Position numbers and translations under genes: made by a program
NCBI RefSeq assembly: GCF_964213995.1
Contig: NC_135816.1
Coordinates: 92,132,001 to 92,196,000, forward strand
Direction of reading: 5' to 3'
DNA: 64,000 bases
Source of the DNA: Mustelus asterias
Taxonomy: Eukaryota
Notes under the pieces: generated by a model
The model's database searches: none
Told to the model about the DNA's origin: nothing
The model's input: only the letters and a program-made list of their open reading frames with translations
Shown: positions 23,081 through 35,191 of the stretch, piece by piece
Layout: every line of letters starts with the position of its first letter
Numbering within the stretch: the first letter of the stretch is position 1

Positions 23081-23184
23081 TGGGAAAATTAGCCGCTCGT
23101 CATCACTGTGCGTGCTCTAACTGACAATTGACATCAACTCCAGGCGAATAAGGAGTGTGCCCAAAGTGGTTAGTTCTCAAACCA

Positions 23185-23548
23185 TAATAAAGGCAAAATG
23201 CTGCAGGTGCTGGAAACTGAAATCAGAACAGAAAATGCTGGAAAATCTCAGCATGTCTGACAGCACCTGTGGAGAAAGAATAGAGCCAACGTTTCGAATC
23301 AGAGCTGAAGACAAGGAAAATTGGGCAGGATTTACATTGTGGGGAGGGGTGCTGTAATTGATCAGGATGGCAAAAAAAAACAAAGGAATGCCACCCCCCC
23401 TCAATTACAACCCACCCAGTACAAATCTTGTCCTATTTTCCCTGTCTTCAGCTCTGACGAAGGGTCATCCAGACTCGGAATGTTGGCTCCATTCGCTCTT
23501 CAACTACGCTGTCAGACCTGCTGAGATTTTCCAGCATTTCTATTTTAC
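23185..23548 (-). mobile_element. PLE family-2 fold-back insertion with a C3-G8 hammerhead motif
   Basis: Inverted arms at about 23225-23350 and 23410-23545; agct-CTGACGA-a-gggtc/gactc at 23450-23490; TSD ttctca(a/g)acca at 23174-23184 and 23549-23559. Confidence 0.8.
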
Positions 23549-23687
23549 TTCTCAGACCAATCAGGCAAACAAAGGGGAGTAACAGAGACCGGGCTCCATT
23601 AATGTTCAATTCTCCAGCCGCAGACTGACCCTTTTCGAAATAGCGAGTATTAACCCAGAGGGATGGACAACAAATGCTGGCCCTTAC

Positions 23688-24035
23688 CAGTGAAGCTGTC
23701 GCCTGGAAAACCCCGAACAATCGTCTTTCAAATGCCGTCCCCAAACTCCGCATTCGTGGCTTGAGGCCTACACGGGGCTTTTATGAATCCTTCCAGCTAA
23801 CTTGCTGGCTCCATCCCTCCCTCGTCACCCGCTGACAGTTACAAGGCAACAACTTCAGTGAGGAGCCCTAATCGGCAGTGCGCATGTCCCAACTCACAAT
23901 GCCCGGTTGATTGGCAGCAACGCCGGAGCAATCGGAAAATGCGGACGGAGATGGATGACCGAGCTCCGAGCAGCCGGTCCGCCAACCAATCGGAGTGAAT
24001 GAGGGGCGGGGCTGAGCCCGGATTTCCCTCAGTGG
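23688..24035 (-). promoter_or_regulatory. ZNF promoter cassette and non-coding first exon
   Basis: ggggcggggc, ccaatc, NRF1-like tgcgcatg (23879), minus-strand donor tg|gtaagg at about 23687; paralogous to 46265-46640 and 61150-61310. Confidence 0.7.
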
Positions 24036-24340
24036 AGCAGAGATCCAGGGTCGTGCTGTGGTTGCAAATTCCATCATGGAAGCTGGTGGAATTTCATTGC
24101 AATTCATAAAATGTGGAATTCCGAGCTCGTCTCAGTGAGGATGCCAAAAATTTATTGTTGAATACCATAAAACTAATGCTGCCCTTCAGAGAAAAGAAAT
24201 CTTACACAATCTGCATGTGTGAATCATATAAGCCAAACGGCTAATTCAAACTGTCCTCTGAAATGACCCAGCAAGCCACTCGGTTCACAGGAAATTAAGG
24301 GTGGGCAACAAATGCTGGCCTTGCCAATGACGCCCAAGAA
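24036..24340 (+). mobile_element. Second tRNA-derived SINE family, abutting the promoter
   Basis: Core and tail gggcaacaaatgctggccttgccaatgacgccca. Confidence 0.75.
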
Positions 24341-24349
24341 GGATTTTGT

Positions 24350-26285
24350 TTTGGTCAAAACAATAGGGAAGTCACTTATTCTTTGGAAGGCGTGAGTCTA
24401 GGTGGGGGAACATAGGGATCTTGAAATACAAATACACCAATCACTAAAAGCTGTGTCACAGGTTACCAAGGCGGTAAATCAACCCGAACACCTGGTTTTA
24501 TTTCTCCAGTGATTGAAAAGTTGAACCTTACATCAATGACAGTGAAATTATTGGAGAGGATTCTTCGTGACAGAATTTATTCCCACTTAGAAATAAATGG
24601 ATGTATTAGCGAGAGGCAACATGGTTTTGTGAAGGGGAGGTCGTGTCTCACTAACTTGATTGAGTTTTTCAAGGAAGTGACGAAGATGATTGATGAGGGT
24701 AGGGCAGTGGATGTTGTCTACATGGATTTCAGTAAGGTCTTTGACAGGGTCCCTCATGGCAGACTGTGCAGAAGGTGAAGTTGCATGGGATCAGAGGTGG
24801 GCTGGCAAGATGTATACAAAATTGGCTCGGTCAGACGGTAACAGTGGAAGGGTGCTTCTCTGAATGGAGGGCTGTGATAAGTGGTGTTCCTCAGGGATCA
24901 GGATTGGGATCTTTGCTGTTTGTTACATTTTCCTCTAAATCATATATATATATACGTAACTGGTTTGATTAGTAAGTTTGCTGATGACACAAAGGTTGGT
25001 GGATTTGCAGAGAGTGAAGAGGACCATCAGAGGATACAGCAAGCTATAGATCAGTTGGAGACTTGAGCGGAGAGATAGCCGAAGAAGTCTAATCCGGACA
25101 AATGTGAGGTAATGCATTTGGGAAGGTCTAATACAGATAGGAAATATACAGTAAATGACCGAACCTTTAAGAGTATTGATAGGCAAAGGGACCTGGGTGT
25201 ACAGGTACACAGGTCACTAAAAGTGGCAACACAGGTCGACAAGGTAGTCAAGAAGGCATGCAGCATGCTTGCCTTCATCGGCCGGGGCATTGAGTTTAAA
25301 AATTGGCAATTCATGTTGCAGGTTTATAGTACCTGAGGCCGAATTTGGAATATTCTGTTCAATTCTGGTCGCCTCACTACCAGAAGGATATGGAGGCTTT
25401 GGAGAGGGTACAGAAAAGATTTACCAGGCTGTTGCCTGGTATGGAGGGCATTAGCTATGAGGAGAGGTTGGCGAAACTTGGTTTGTTCTCACTGAAACGA
25501 TGGAGGTTGAGGGGCGACCTGATGGACGTCTACAAGATTATGAGAGGTATGGACAGAGTGGCTAGTCAGAAACTTTTTCCCAGGGTAGAAGAGTCAATTA
25601 CTAATGGGCATAGGTTTAAGGTGCGAGGGCAAGTTTTAAAGGAGATGTACGAGGCAGGTTTTTACGCCGACGGTGGTGGGTGTCTGGAACTCGCTGCCGG
25701 GGGAGGTAGTGGAAGCAGATACGATAGTGACTTTTAAGGGGCATCTTGACAAATACATGAATAGGATAGGAATGGAGAGATATGGTCCCTGGAATGGCAG
25801 GGGGTTTTAGTTAAGTCGGGCAGCATGGTCAGTGCTGGCTTAGAGGGCTGAAGGGCCTGTTCCTGTGCTGTAATTTTCTTTGTTCTTATGTTCAACCTGT
25901 ATCAAGCCTTGTTTAGAACACCGTGTAGTTCTGATTTCCGTATTATAGAAAGGTCACCATATTATAGAGGCATTGGAGAGGATGCAGAGAAGATGGACCA
26001 TGGTGATGCCACAAAATATGTATTTACATGTCAGGAATTGATTGACACACTGGGTATTAAAAATGAAGGCTGAAAATTGACCTAACAGAGATCTTTAAAA
26101 TGATTAAAGATTTTTATTGAGAGGATCGAGAAAAAATATTTCCAAATGTGATGAACAGCAAAGCTGCAGATCATCAGCATAAGATAGTCACCAAGAAATC
26201 CCATAGGGAATTCAGAAACAAGTCCTTTACCAAGAGAGCAGTGAGAATGTGGAACTCGCTACGACAGGGAATGGTTGAAGGGAGT
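24350..26285 (+). mobile_element. Old CR1 fragment (24350-24525 and 25888-26285) split by a younger CR1
   Basis: The reading RDL..QIH.SLK...MFNLYQAL.R continues across the insertion. Confidence 0.6.
24525..25887 (+). mobile_element. CR1/HER1 LINE RT and 3' end
   Basis: QHGFVKGRSCLTNLIEFF, VDVVYMDFSK, GVPQGS and SKFADDTK motifs; gggcctgttcctgtgctgta tail. Confidence 0.93.
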
Positions 26286-27165
26286 ATTTTTTTAATTCAT
26301 TCATGGGACATGAGCGTCGCTGGCTAGCCAGTATTTCTTGCCCATCTTTCGTTGTCCTTGAGAAGTTGGTGGTGAGCTGCCTCCTTAAAATGCTGCAGTC
26401 CCCATGCTGTGGGTTGCCCCACAATGCCGTTAGGGAGGGAATTCCAGAATTTTGACCCAGCGACTGTGCAGAAGTGGTGATATATTTCCAAGTCAGGATG
26501 ATGAGTGGCTTGTAGGGGAACATGCAGGTGGTGCTCCCATGTATCTGCTGCCCTTGTCCTTCCACATGGACGAGTGATAGTCGTAGCGTCATGCCAAATT
26601 TCATTCTAGATGGAAATGGTTGTGGGTTTGAAAGGTGCTGCATAAGGATCTTTGGTGAATTGCTGCAGTACATCTTGCAGGTAGTACACACTGCTGCTAC
26701 TGAGCGTCAGTGGTGGAGGGAGTGGATGTGGTGCCAATCAAGAGGGCTGCTTGGTCCTGGATGGTGTCAAGCTTCTTGATTGTTGTTGGAGTTGCACCCA
26801 TCCAGGCAAGTAGAGGGTGTTCCATCACACTCCTGACTTGTGCCTTGTAGATGGTGGACAGGCTTTGAGGAGTCAGGGGATGAGTTATTTGCCGCAGTAT
26901 TCCTAGCATCTAACCTGCTCTTGTAGCCATTGTGTATATGTAGCGAGTCCAGTCTTCTGGTCAATGGTAACCTCAGGATGTTGACAGTGGGGGATTCAGT
27001 GATGGTAACACTGAATTCTAGGGTGATGGTTTGAGCGTGTCTTATTGGTGATGGTCATTGCCTGGCATTTGTGTAGCGTGAATGCTACCTGCCACTTGAC
27101 AGCCCAAGCCTGGATATTGTACAGATCTTGTTGTATTTGAATATGGATTGCTTCAGTATCTGAGG
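26286..27165 (-). mobile_element. CR1/L2-superfamily LINE (same family as 16245-17172)
   Basis: LGILRQITHPLTPQSLSTIYKAQVRSVME; well-preserved 3' end at 26286-26380. Confidence 0.85.
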
Positions 27166-27524
27166 AGTATAGCATAGATGTATTTAAGGATAAGCTGGAC
27201 AAATAAATGAGGCTGAAGATAACACATTCATAGATTTGAATGAGGGAAGACTTCATGGAGGCTGAAGTAGAGAAAACTGCCCAATGTGGGCTGGTTGTAG
27301 TGAATAGCCTGATTCTGTGCTGTACATCCTGCGTAAGAGGAAAGGGATCTTTTATCTTAGATTATCATTATTCAGCCAAAACTCACTCTCCCTTGTTTTG
27401 TGTTGAAATCAGGCTTTATCAAAATATTACAGCAGCAATGTTCCTTTAAATATGCAGATCAAGGGTCATGCTCAGTGCAGCAACAAAACTGTGTCCTCAT
27501 TATGCCTTTGCACTGGACCCCGAG

Positions 27525-27668
27525 AGAAACCAGATGTTTAGGTGTCCAGATCACCAACAACTTGTCCTGATCCCCCATGCCGACACTATAGTTAAAAAAG
27601 CCCACCAATGCCTCTACTTTCCCAGAAATAAGGAAATTTGGCAAGTCCGCTACGACTCTCACCAACCT
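27525..27668 (+). mobile_element. Rex1/Babar LINE fragment
   Basis: LGVQITNNLS*SPHADTIVKKAHQCLYF....KFG. Confidence 0.75.
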
Positions 27669-28234
27669 GTTTTTTCAATAAAGCTTGTTTTGATAAAAGA
27701 TCCTGAATTTGTCAGTGAAATTATGGAGCATCCTATCTTCACATTTATGCCAAAATAGAAAAATTGTTAGGGTCTAGTCCTGCTTCATAATATATCTTGG
27801 GATTTGGCTTCAGAAATCTAACAGTGGAAGGGAGGAGAGAAAGGGGGAACCACAGAAAATACTAACCTGAGAATCCAACTGGGGCAAACGGGACACTGAA
27901 TGATATGGATACGCTTGGAAATGTAGATTATGTGATCCCCAGTGTGTATGTGTGGGGCGGGGAGAAAGCGGGGGGGGGGGTTTCCAACTAATGGCCAGTC
28001 CTCCAGCCAATAGCACCCCAACAAGGGGGTAGGGTGTGGGATGGAGCTCAGATGCTCTAGAGCAGATTGAGAGGCACTGGCCCCAGCTCAGAGCAGCTGG
28101 GCCAGCACAGAGACTGGAGTGGAGATTGGGGCTGCTCTGGACAGGAGAAGCAAAGGCAAATATAAAATTATAATTAATGATAATAATGTACTATTTATTC
28201 ATTGTATATAAAAGTAAATAGACAAACTTTTAAG

Positions 28235-28900
28235 AGATGTGAGACAACAGCAACCTGACCAAGAGCCAAACTGCAAGTCTGCCAAGCCTGCGCCATCAGC
28301 ACACTCGTCTACAATAGTGCGATCTGGACAATATTCCTTAATGTGGAGATGCCGGCGTTGGACTGGGGTGAACACAGTAAGAAGTCTCACAACACCAGGT
28401 TAAAGTCCAACAGGTTTATTTGTAGCAAATACCAGAAGCTTTCGGAGCGCTGCTCCTTCGTCAGATGGAGTGGAAATGTGCTCTCAAACAGTGCACAGAG
28501 ACCTCTGACGAAGGAGCAGCGCTCCGAAAGCTTATGGTATTTGCTACCAAATAAACCTGTTGGACTTTAACCTGGTGTTGTGAGACTTCTTACAATATTC
28601 CTTAGTCAGGAGAAAAGGATGAACAGTTTCTACCTTTGCAGTCTCAGATGTATCACTAGCATCACATAGTCGCTAACTCAGGGGCCCTGGCACATGCTAA
28701 TTTCATCCACTTGTTTGAAATTCAATGATCTTTGTGGTGGCTCGGTCACATGCATTGGGTGGATGTGGACGGTAAACACAGACATCTTCTGTACAGTGAA
28801 CTCGGCACTGGTTAACAATCCTCTGGGGATCCAGGCCTCCAGTAAAAGCAGGATATGAAGGTCGTGGGCAACGATACTGACAATTGTTGGCAAACAATGA
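28235..28900 (+). mobile_element. RTE LINE C-terminal fragment, interrupted at 28341-28591
   Basis: KLQV.QAC.ISTL.Y...WTI..SQEKRMNSF.L..LR and WLGHMH...HLLYSEL.TG remnants. Confidence 0.7.
28341..28591 (-). mobile_element. PLE family-1 fold-back insertion with two hammerhead cores
   Basis: Inverted arms at about 28377-28465 and 28504-28593; CTGACGA-a-ggagc/gctcc-GAAA on both strands; TSD acaatattcctta at 28328-28340 and 28592-28604. Confidence 0.9.
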
Positions 28901-28904
28901 TTGA

Positions 28905-29225
28905 GAGGCAGTGGCACAGTGGAATTATCACTGGAATAGTAATCCAGAGACCCAGGGTACTGCTCTGGGACCCATGTTCAAATCCAACCATGGCAAAATT
29001 GAATTTTAATCTGGAATTAAAAGTCTGATGACCATGAAAACGTTGTTCTTAAAAACCCACTAATCCTCCTTAGGGAAGGAAATCTGCCACCCTTTATCTG
29101 TTCTGGCCTACTTGTGTCTAGCCCACAGTAATGTGGTTGACTCTCAAATGTCCTCTAAAATGGAGGGCAGTTCAGGATGGGCAATAAGTGCTGGCCAGCC
29201 AACGATGCCCACATCCCATAAAAAT
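28905..29225 (+). mobile_element. Second tRNA-derived SINE family, near full length
   Basis: A box tggcacagtgg, B box gttcaaatcc, tail ggatgggcaataagtgctggccagccaacgatgcccacatcccata. Confidence 0.85.
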
Positions 29226-29404
29226 GTTTTCAAAAAATTGCCACTGGCTGTGACTTCTGGAGGCTGACTGCTCGGAAGGGTCTTGTAAGAGCTGGCTGAG
29301 TAAAGGACTCAGGGAGACAGAGATCAGTGCAAATGCAGCAGAGACCATCATGAGAGAATAGGACCCCTCAGCCACACCAGGTGATGTTTAACACAGTGCA
29401 AATC

Positions 29405-30030
29405 AGCCCTCAACATTCAATGGGCATTATCATCAGTGAAGCCCTAACTATCAACATCCTGGGGGTTACTACTGACCAGAAATGAACTGTTGTTGCAAGA
29501 GCAGGTTTAAAGTTATGAATTCTGTGGCATGTAACTCACCTGTTAATTCCCCTAGGCCTGTCCACCATCTACAAGGTAAAAGTCAGGAGTCTAATGGAAT
29601 AATCTTGCTTTGGTGAATGCAGGTGCAACAAAATTCAACAAGCTCAACACCATCCAAGACAAAGCAGCCCACTTGATTGGCACCCCTTCCACAAACATTC
29701 ACTCCTTCCACCAATGACACAGTGGCAGCTGATGGCAGTACCATCTTCATGCAGGAATTCACCCAGGCTCCTTTGACATCACCTTCCAAACCACAACCTC
29801 TCACATCTAGAAGGACAAGGGCAGCAGATGCATGGGAACACCACCACCTGGATGTTTTCCCACTCACCATCCTGATCGCTATCCCTTCACTGTTGCAGCA
29901 TCAAAATGCTGGAGTTCCTTTCCTAAACAGCACTGTGGAGGTTCCTATAACACACAGATTGCAGCGGTTCAAGAAGGCACTCACAACTCCATTCTCAGCG
30001 GTAATTATAGATGGGAACAACTGCTGAATT
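29405..30030 (+). mobile_element. CR1/L2-superfamily LINE 3' part (family of 16245-17172)
   Basis: INILGVT.DQK, LSTIYK..VRS.ME and KLNTIQDKAAHLIG remnants. Confidence 0.8.
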
Positions 30031-30294
30031 AACCACCAATGCACAAGAAAGAATATTTTTAAAATCATCTCAGGAGATGGAAGACTGCCAAAGAAAAGAA
30101 AAACACTTTTATGAACAAGCATTTTGCATCATCTTGCCAGTTGAAGACATTAAAATCATCCCAAGAATAGCAGATAATCAGGGTTAAAAGGAGGAAGCAA
30201 CTAACAATAATCACAATTACTCGAGAAAATCCACTTGCAATCTATTGGAACTATGAGATTTCAAGTCTTCTCGACCTAATGAATTGTGTTTTTT

Positions 30295-30672
30295 TACTTC
30301 ACTCATGGGATCTGGGGCTTTGCTGGCAGGGCCAGCGTTTATTGTCCATCCCTAACTGCTCTTCAACTAAATGGCTTGCGAGGACATTTCAAAGGACACT
30401 TAAGATTTGCCATGGCTCTGGAGTCACATTTAGGCCAGGGTTCCTTCCCTAAAAGACATTAGTGAGCCAAATGAGTTTGTATAACAATCGACAATGGTTT
30501 TATGATCATCCTTTGACTTTTTGTTCCAGATTTTATTGAATTTAACTGGTGGGATCTGCTCTGGTGGGACTGATCAGCAAGATCCCCTTGCACTGGCTTC
30601 TGTTTCAAACAGAGCATTACCCCCTGGTCTCTGAGTTTCTAGTCCATTGACACTACCACTACACAACTGCCC
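30295..30672 (-). mobile_element. Second tRNA-derived SINE family
   Basis: Reverse complement of the 28905-29225 type. Confidence 0.75.
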
Positions 30673-30674
30673 TT

Positions 30675-31345
30675 AGAGTCATAAAGGAAATGGCTGCTGT
30701 GAAAGTGGATGCATTGGTTGTAATCTTTCAAAATTCAGTGGATTCTGGAAATGTCCAGCAAATTGGAAAATCGGAAATGTAACATTGTTATGCATGAAGT
30801 GGGGAGACAAAAATATCAGTTAGCCTAACATTTGTCTCTGGGAAAATGCTGGAATCCATCATTAAGAAAGTCAGCAGAGTCAACATGGCTTTGTGCAAGG
30901 GAAATCGTGCTTGACAAATTTAGTAGATTTATTTAAGGATGTAACAAGTAGGGTAGATAGAGGTAAACTAGGAGATGTAATATATTTAGAAAAGACATTC
31001 TAAATGGTGCCACATAAAAAAAGTGACTGCACAAGATAACACCCTATGATTTTGGGGTAATACATGAGCATGGATAGAGAAGCGAGGGGATAAATTGTCA
31101 TTTTCAAGTTGGCATACCGTTACTTGTGGGGTAGCACAGGGATCAATGTGGGGCTTCAACTATTTACAAGTGATGTAAATTACTTAGAATAAGGGATGGA
31201 CTGCATTGTAGCCAAATTGGTTGCTGTACAAAGATAGGCAAGAACGGAATTTGTGAAGAGGAAACAAAGAGTTGGCAAAGGTTATAGATAGGAAAGGTGA
31301 GTGGGATAAAATTGGAAGATAGAGTATAATGTGGGAAACATGGGG
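30675..31345 (+). mobile_element. Degenerate CR1 RT fragment
   Basis: LVVIFQNS.DSG, SQHGFVQGKSCLTNL and GVAQGS remnants. Confidence 0.75.
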
Positions 31346-31582
31346 GTTTCTACCTAGGTAAGAATTGGGCGAACTCAACACAGGAGGGGAGGTGAGGAAC
31401 ATCATCAGATCAGGAATAGATCATGAATAGATCATTTAGCTTAATCGCCATTCAATCAGAAGATGGTTGATCTGACAACCTGTAGACCTCCAGCCCATAT
31501 CCCTTAATACTATTGGTTAACCATGACAACCATGCCAGTGGTAACACTTTCAAATCCAAACAAGTAGCTATTGGAATGAATT

Positions 31583-31872
31583 CATGGAATCACTACACTG
31601 CAGAAGTTCAGCCCATCGAGCCTGCGCCGCCAACAATCCCACTCAGGCTATATCCTTGTAATCTCATATATTTACTCTGCTAATACCCCTGACACTAAGG
31701 GATAATTCACCTAACCTGTACATCTTTGGAGTGTGGGAGCACCCGGAGGGAACCCATGCAGACACGGGGAAAACGTGTAGACTCTGCACAGACAGTGACC
31801 CAAGCCGGGAATTGAATCCGGGTCCCTGGTACTGTGAGACAGCAGTGCTAACCACTGTGCCACCGTGCCGCC
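31583..31872 (-). mobile_element. HE1 SINE
   Basis: HE1 head, core and tail on the minus strand. Confidence 0.88.
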
Positions 31873-32728
31873 CAGTGCTGCACCAGAAGAATGCAAATGG
31901 CTAGCTTTATCTGTCGCTCAAATATTCAGATTTGAAAAGTGTCCAATATAACTCAAGTAATGCTGGGAAGGTAAGGTATCTTGAAAATTTGGCCACTAGC
32001 TGAAGCCAGCCATTTTAAATGTGGCCAATAGGTGAAGCCAGCCATTTTAACATTGTTACTGTGCAATAGCAACATGAGTGGTATTTTCCACTAACAGGAT
32101 GCAGCTTCAAAAAACATTCTGTCTACAACACAGATCAGTAACAATTTCAGTGTCACTGTGATGCCAGGTTTGTAGGTCATACACCCCAATAACCGCTGGA
32201 TCAAATCACATTTTATGCCCCTTCGGGAGCCTGAAATAGCTAAAGTGCTAATCATAGTCAACCAGGTAATACCTGTAAAACCCAGAATGCACCAGGTCAT
32301 TAGATATGATTCTGCGATTCAATAACAATTGCTGAACATTCCTTATTGCGCTCAGAATTACACCAGCAACCAATTTAAGATGATCAGTCAGGCTCACAAT
32401 ATGGCTTGCTTACACAGCTAAAAGCGACACATATTCATCAATTGGGAACTGTCCTCAACAAGTCCAAGTATTGTGCCATTTGTGAATTAAATAAAAGTGT
32501 GAAGGATAACAGTTCACCGGTGAATTCTCCATGGCAACGCTTTGAACAATCAGAGTTGATTTTTAACCAATTAGCACCATTTTCCGAAGCAGTATAAATT
32601 GATGTTCCATTTGAAATTTGGCATTCTACCAACCATCCTGATGACTGCAAGATGAAAAGCTTGAACAGTAAGTCTCCCTTTTTCTCAGGAATACTAAAGT
32701 CAGTACCTGCAGAATTGGAGCAGTGCAT

Positions 32729-33829
32729 TCAGTTGTGAACTTGCTGGTGCTTCAACAGGTAGGATGATCGACTGAACCCCTTCCCACATATGGAGCAGGT
32801 GAAGGGCTTTTCTCCAGTGTGAACTCGCTGGTGGCTCACCAGGTTGGAGCCTTGAGTAAATCCCTTCCCACATACTGAGCAGGTAAATGGATTCTCCCCA
32901 GTATGAACTCGCCGGTGACTTAGAAGATTGGAAGCTTGTGCAAATCCCTTCCCACACACAGAGCAGGTGAAAGGTCTCTCGCCAGTGTGAACTCGCTGGT
33001 GTGCCAACAGGTCGGTTGACTGATTAAAACCCTTCCCACACAGGGAGCAAATGAATGGTCTCTCCCCGCTGTGAACTCGCTGATGTCTCAGCAGGCTTGA
33101 TGACAGAGTGAATCCCTTCCCACACACAGAACACGTGAATGGCCTCTCCCCAGTGTGAAGACGCTGGTGAGCCAGCAGGCTTGTGGACTCAGCAAATCCC
33201 TTTTCACACACAAAGCAGGTGAATGGCCTCTCACCAGTGTGTACTCGCTGGTGCCTCAACATATTGGAGGCTTGAGTGAATCCCTTCCCACACACTGAGC
33301 ACGTGAACGGATTCTCCCCAGTGTGAACTCGCTGGTGTGTCAGCAGGTTAGAGGCATGAGTGAATCTCTCCTCACAGACAGAACAGGCAAATGGTTTCTC
33401 TCCAGTGTGAACTCGCTGGTGTGTCAGCAGGTCAGATGACTGAGTAAATCCTTTGTCACATACAGAGCAGGTGAACGGTCTCTCCCCAGTGTGAACTCGC
33501 TGGTGTCTCAGCAAAGTTGATGACAGAGTGAATCCCTTCCCACACTCGGGGCAGGTGAATGGTCTCACCCTGGTGTGACTGCGTTGATGAGTTTCCAGCA
33601 CAGACGGGTGACTGAATCCCTTCCCACAGTCCCCGCATTTACATGGCCTGTTCGTGGTTTTGTCACACTCATGTCTCCCCGGGTCAGATGATCGTTCGAA
33701 GCTGCCTCCACATATGGAACCTGTGTACAGTTTGTCCAATTTGCAAATGCTGCTCTTCTCTTCCATATTGCCAACATCTTCAGGTCCTGACAAGTGATGT
33801 GAATCAGACAGATTGGTCTTGTAATTCAT
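32729..33829 (-). CDS. Tandem C2H2 zinc-finger protein (11 fingers) with a short degenerate-finger N-terminus, no effector domain
   Basis: Intact 366-aa ORF with canonical TGE(R/K/N)PF linkers; candidate acceptor ttccttcacag| just upstream at 33858. Confidence 0.9.
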   Translation of the reverse strand: MNYKTNLSDSHHLSGPEDVGNMEEKSSICKLDKLYTGSICGGSFERSSDPGRHECDKTTNRPCKCGDCGKGFSHPSVLETHQRSHTRVRPFTCPECGKGFTLSSTLLRHQRVHTGERPFTCSVCDKGFTQSSDLLTHQRVHTGEKPFACSVCEERFTHASNLLTHQRVHTGENPFTCSVCGKGFTQASNMLRHQRVHTGERPFTCFVCEKGFAESTSLLAHQRLHTGERPFTCSVCGKGFTLSSSLLRHQRVHSGERPFICSLCGKGFNQSTDLLAHQRVHTGERPFTCSVCGKGFAQASNLLSHRRVHTGENPFTCSVCGKGFTQGSNLVSHQRVHTGEKPFTCSICGKGFSRSSYLLKHQQVHN

Positions 33830-34024
33830 CTGAGATTTCTGTCTGCAGACTGTTTTCCTGTGAAGGAAGTTTCAATCAGGAATACCAAAAAGTGCAAGAG
33901 GAATTCAGAAAAATTTACTAGCTTTCCAATATGTTATTGTACAACTTGCAATCAGTCTCTCTCTCAATGCCGACTTAAATCATAAATGAATAAACAAGGA
34001 CAATGTCCTTTTAAATGTGCCGAA

Positions 34025-34480
34025 CTGGAGCGGGGAGACGCGCATGCTCAATTGGCTAAAGCTGCAGGATCGGCTCTGCGCCTGCGCTGTGGACTCCTGA
34101 GGCTGTCGAACGTTGAAAAACGGAATCATCGACGGAAAGTGAGGTTTCCCAAACCGAATTAGTTCGGGAAAGGCGGGCGGAGACAGTGAGAATCAAATGA
34201 AATACAAACTTGAGAGTCCGACCCGGATAACGGGTTACCGATTGCAAGGATGCAACACAACGTTGAGAAGCGAAGACCACGTGATATTGGAGGGTGTGAT
34301 TGCTGTGAGTGATGTCAACCCTGACCAATAGAAAGAGGGTGGGGCGGGGCTGGAGGATCGAGGGCGCGAAGGGTCCTCCAACCAATAGCAGCGCGGCAAG
34401 GGAGCGGGGCGTCTCGTGGCAGTCCAGGTATGCTGGAACGGGTTGTGAGGCGCTGTGACCAGGTGAGAGGAGTGAGTGAG
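34025..34480. promoter_or_regulatory. CpG-rich promoter upstream of the minus-strand ZNF
   Basis: NRF1-like cgcgcatgc (34039), ETS-like cggaaagtg, ccaat at 34325 and 34382, GC box ggggcggggc at 34341. Confidence 0.7.
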
Positions 34481-35191
34481 CACAGAGACTGGAGATGTTC
34501 GGGGACAGGCAGCTGGAATCAAAGGCAACAAATATATCTATCATGTAAATATTTTTAAATTTACATACTAAACTATACATATATATATCGATCCAGAACG
34601 AGAGAACATAGATTTAAAGCGATTTGCAAAAGAAACAAATGTGCAAATAGAGGCTGAAGGGTTCAATAATTAAGTCAAGAAACAAATTATACTGAAATTT
34701 AACTTTAAGGACCATATTGCCCAGTAGAAAGGAAGAGAATGAGAATTGGTGGAGAATCGAGAATTCCCAAAACAGCAGTAAAACATTCGAATCCAAGCCC
34801 TACGTGAAGTCATTGGTGCCTGAACTAGTGGGAAGAACAAATGAAGTACTTTCCATGCGAGGGGACTTTTAAATTTCCTTCCCCGCAATATGAAAATGCT
34901 GATCTTGCATCAGATCCTTTGAATGTTCAAAGTTGGAGGGAAAACTGGATAAATCGTTTTGCCCTCTTGAATTATCTGCTTGTTCTCTCTCCAGAGTGAC
35001 TGTGCTGCTGTATCAGAAGGTCGGATGACGGTGGAGCCTGTTTTCATTCGCAGGCAAAGAAAATCTTCTCCCTGATCTGACTTTTTTCAGCTTACACTGA
35101 TAATGGAGTTATTCCTTAAAGTAAACAACAATTCTTTGCATTTATACATCATCTTTAATGTAATGAAAACATCCTGAGATGCTAATGTTAA

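Noticed and set aside
34056-34580. 174-aa minus-strand ORF upstream of the 11-finger gene
   Set aside because: It spans promoter motifs, has no domain similarity, and is most likely a GC-content artefact
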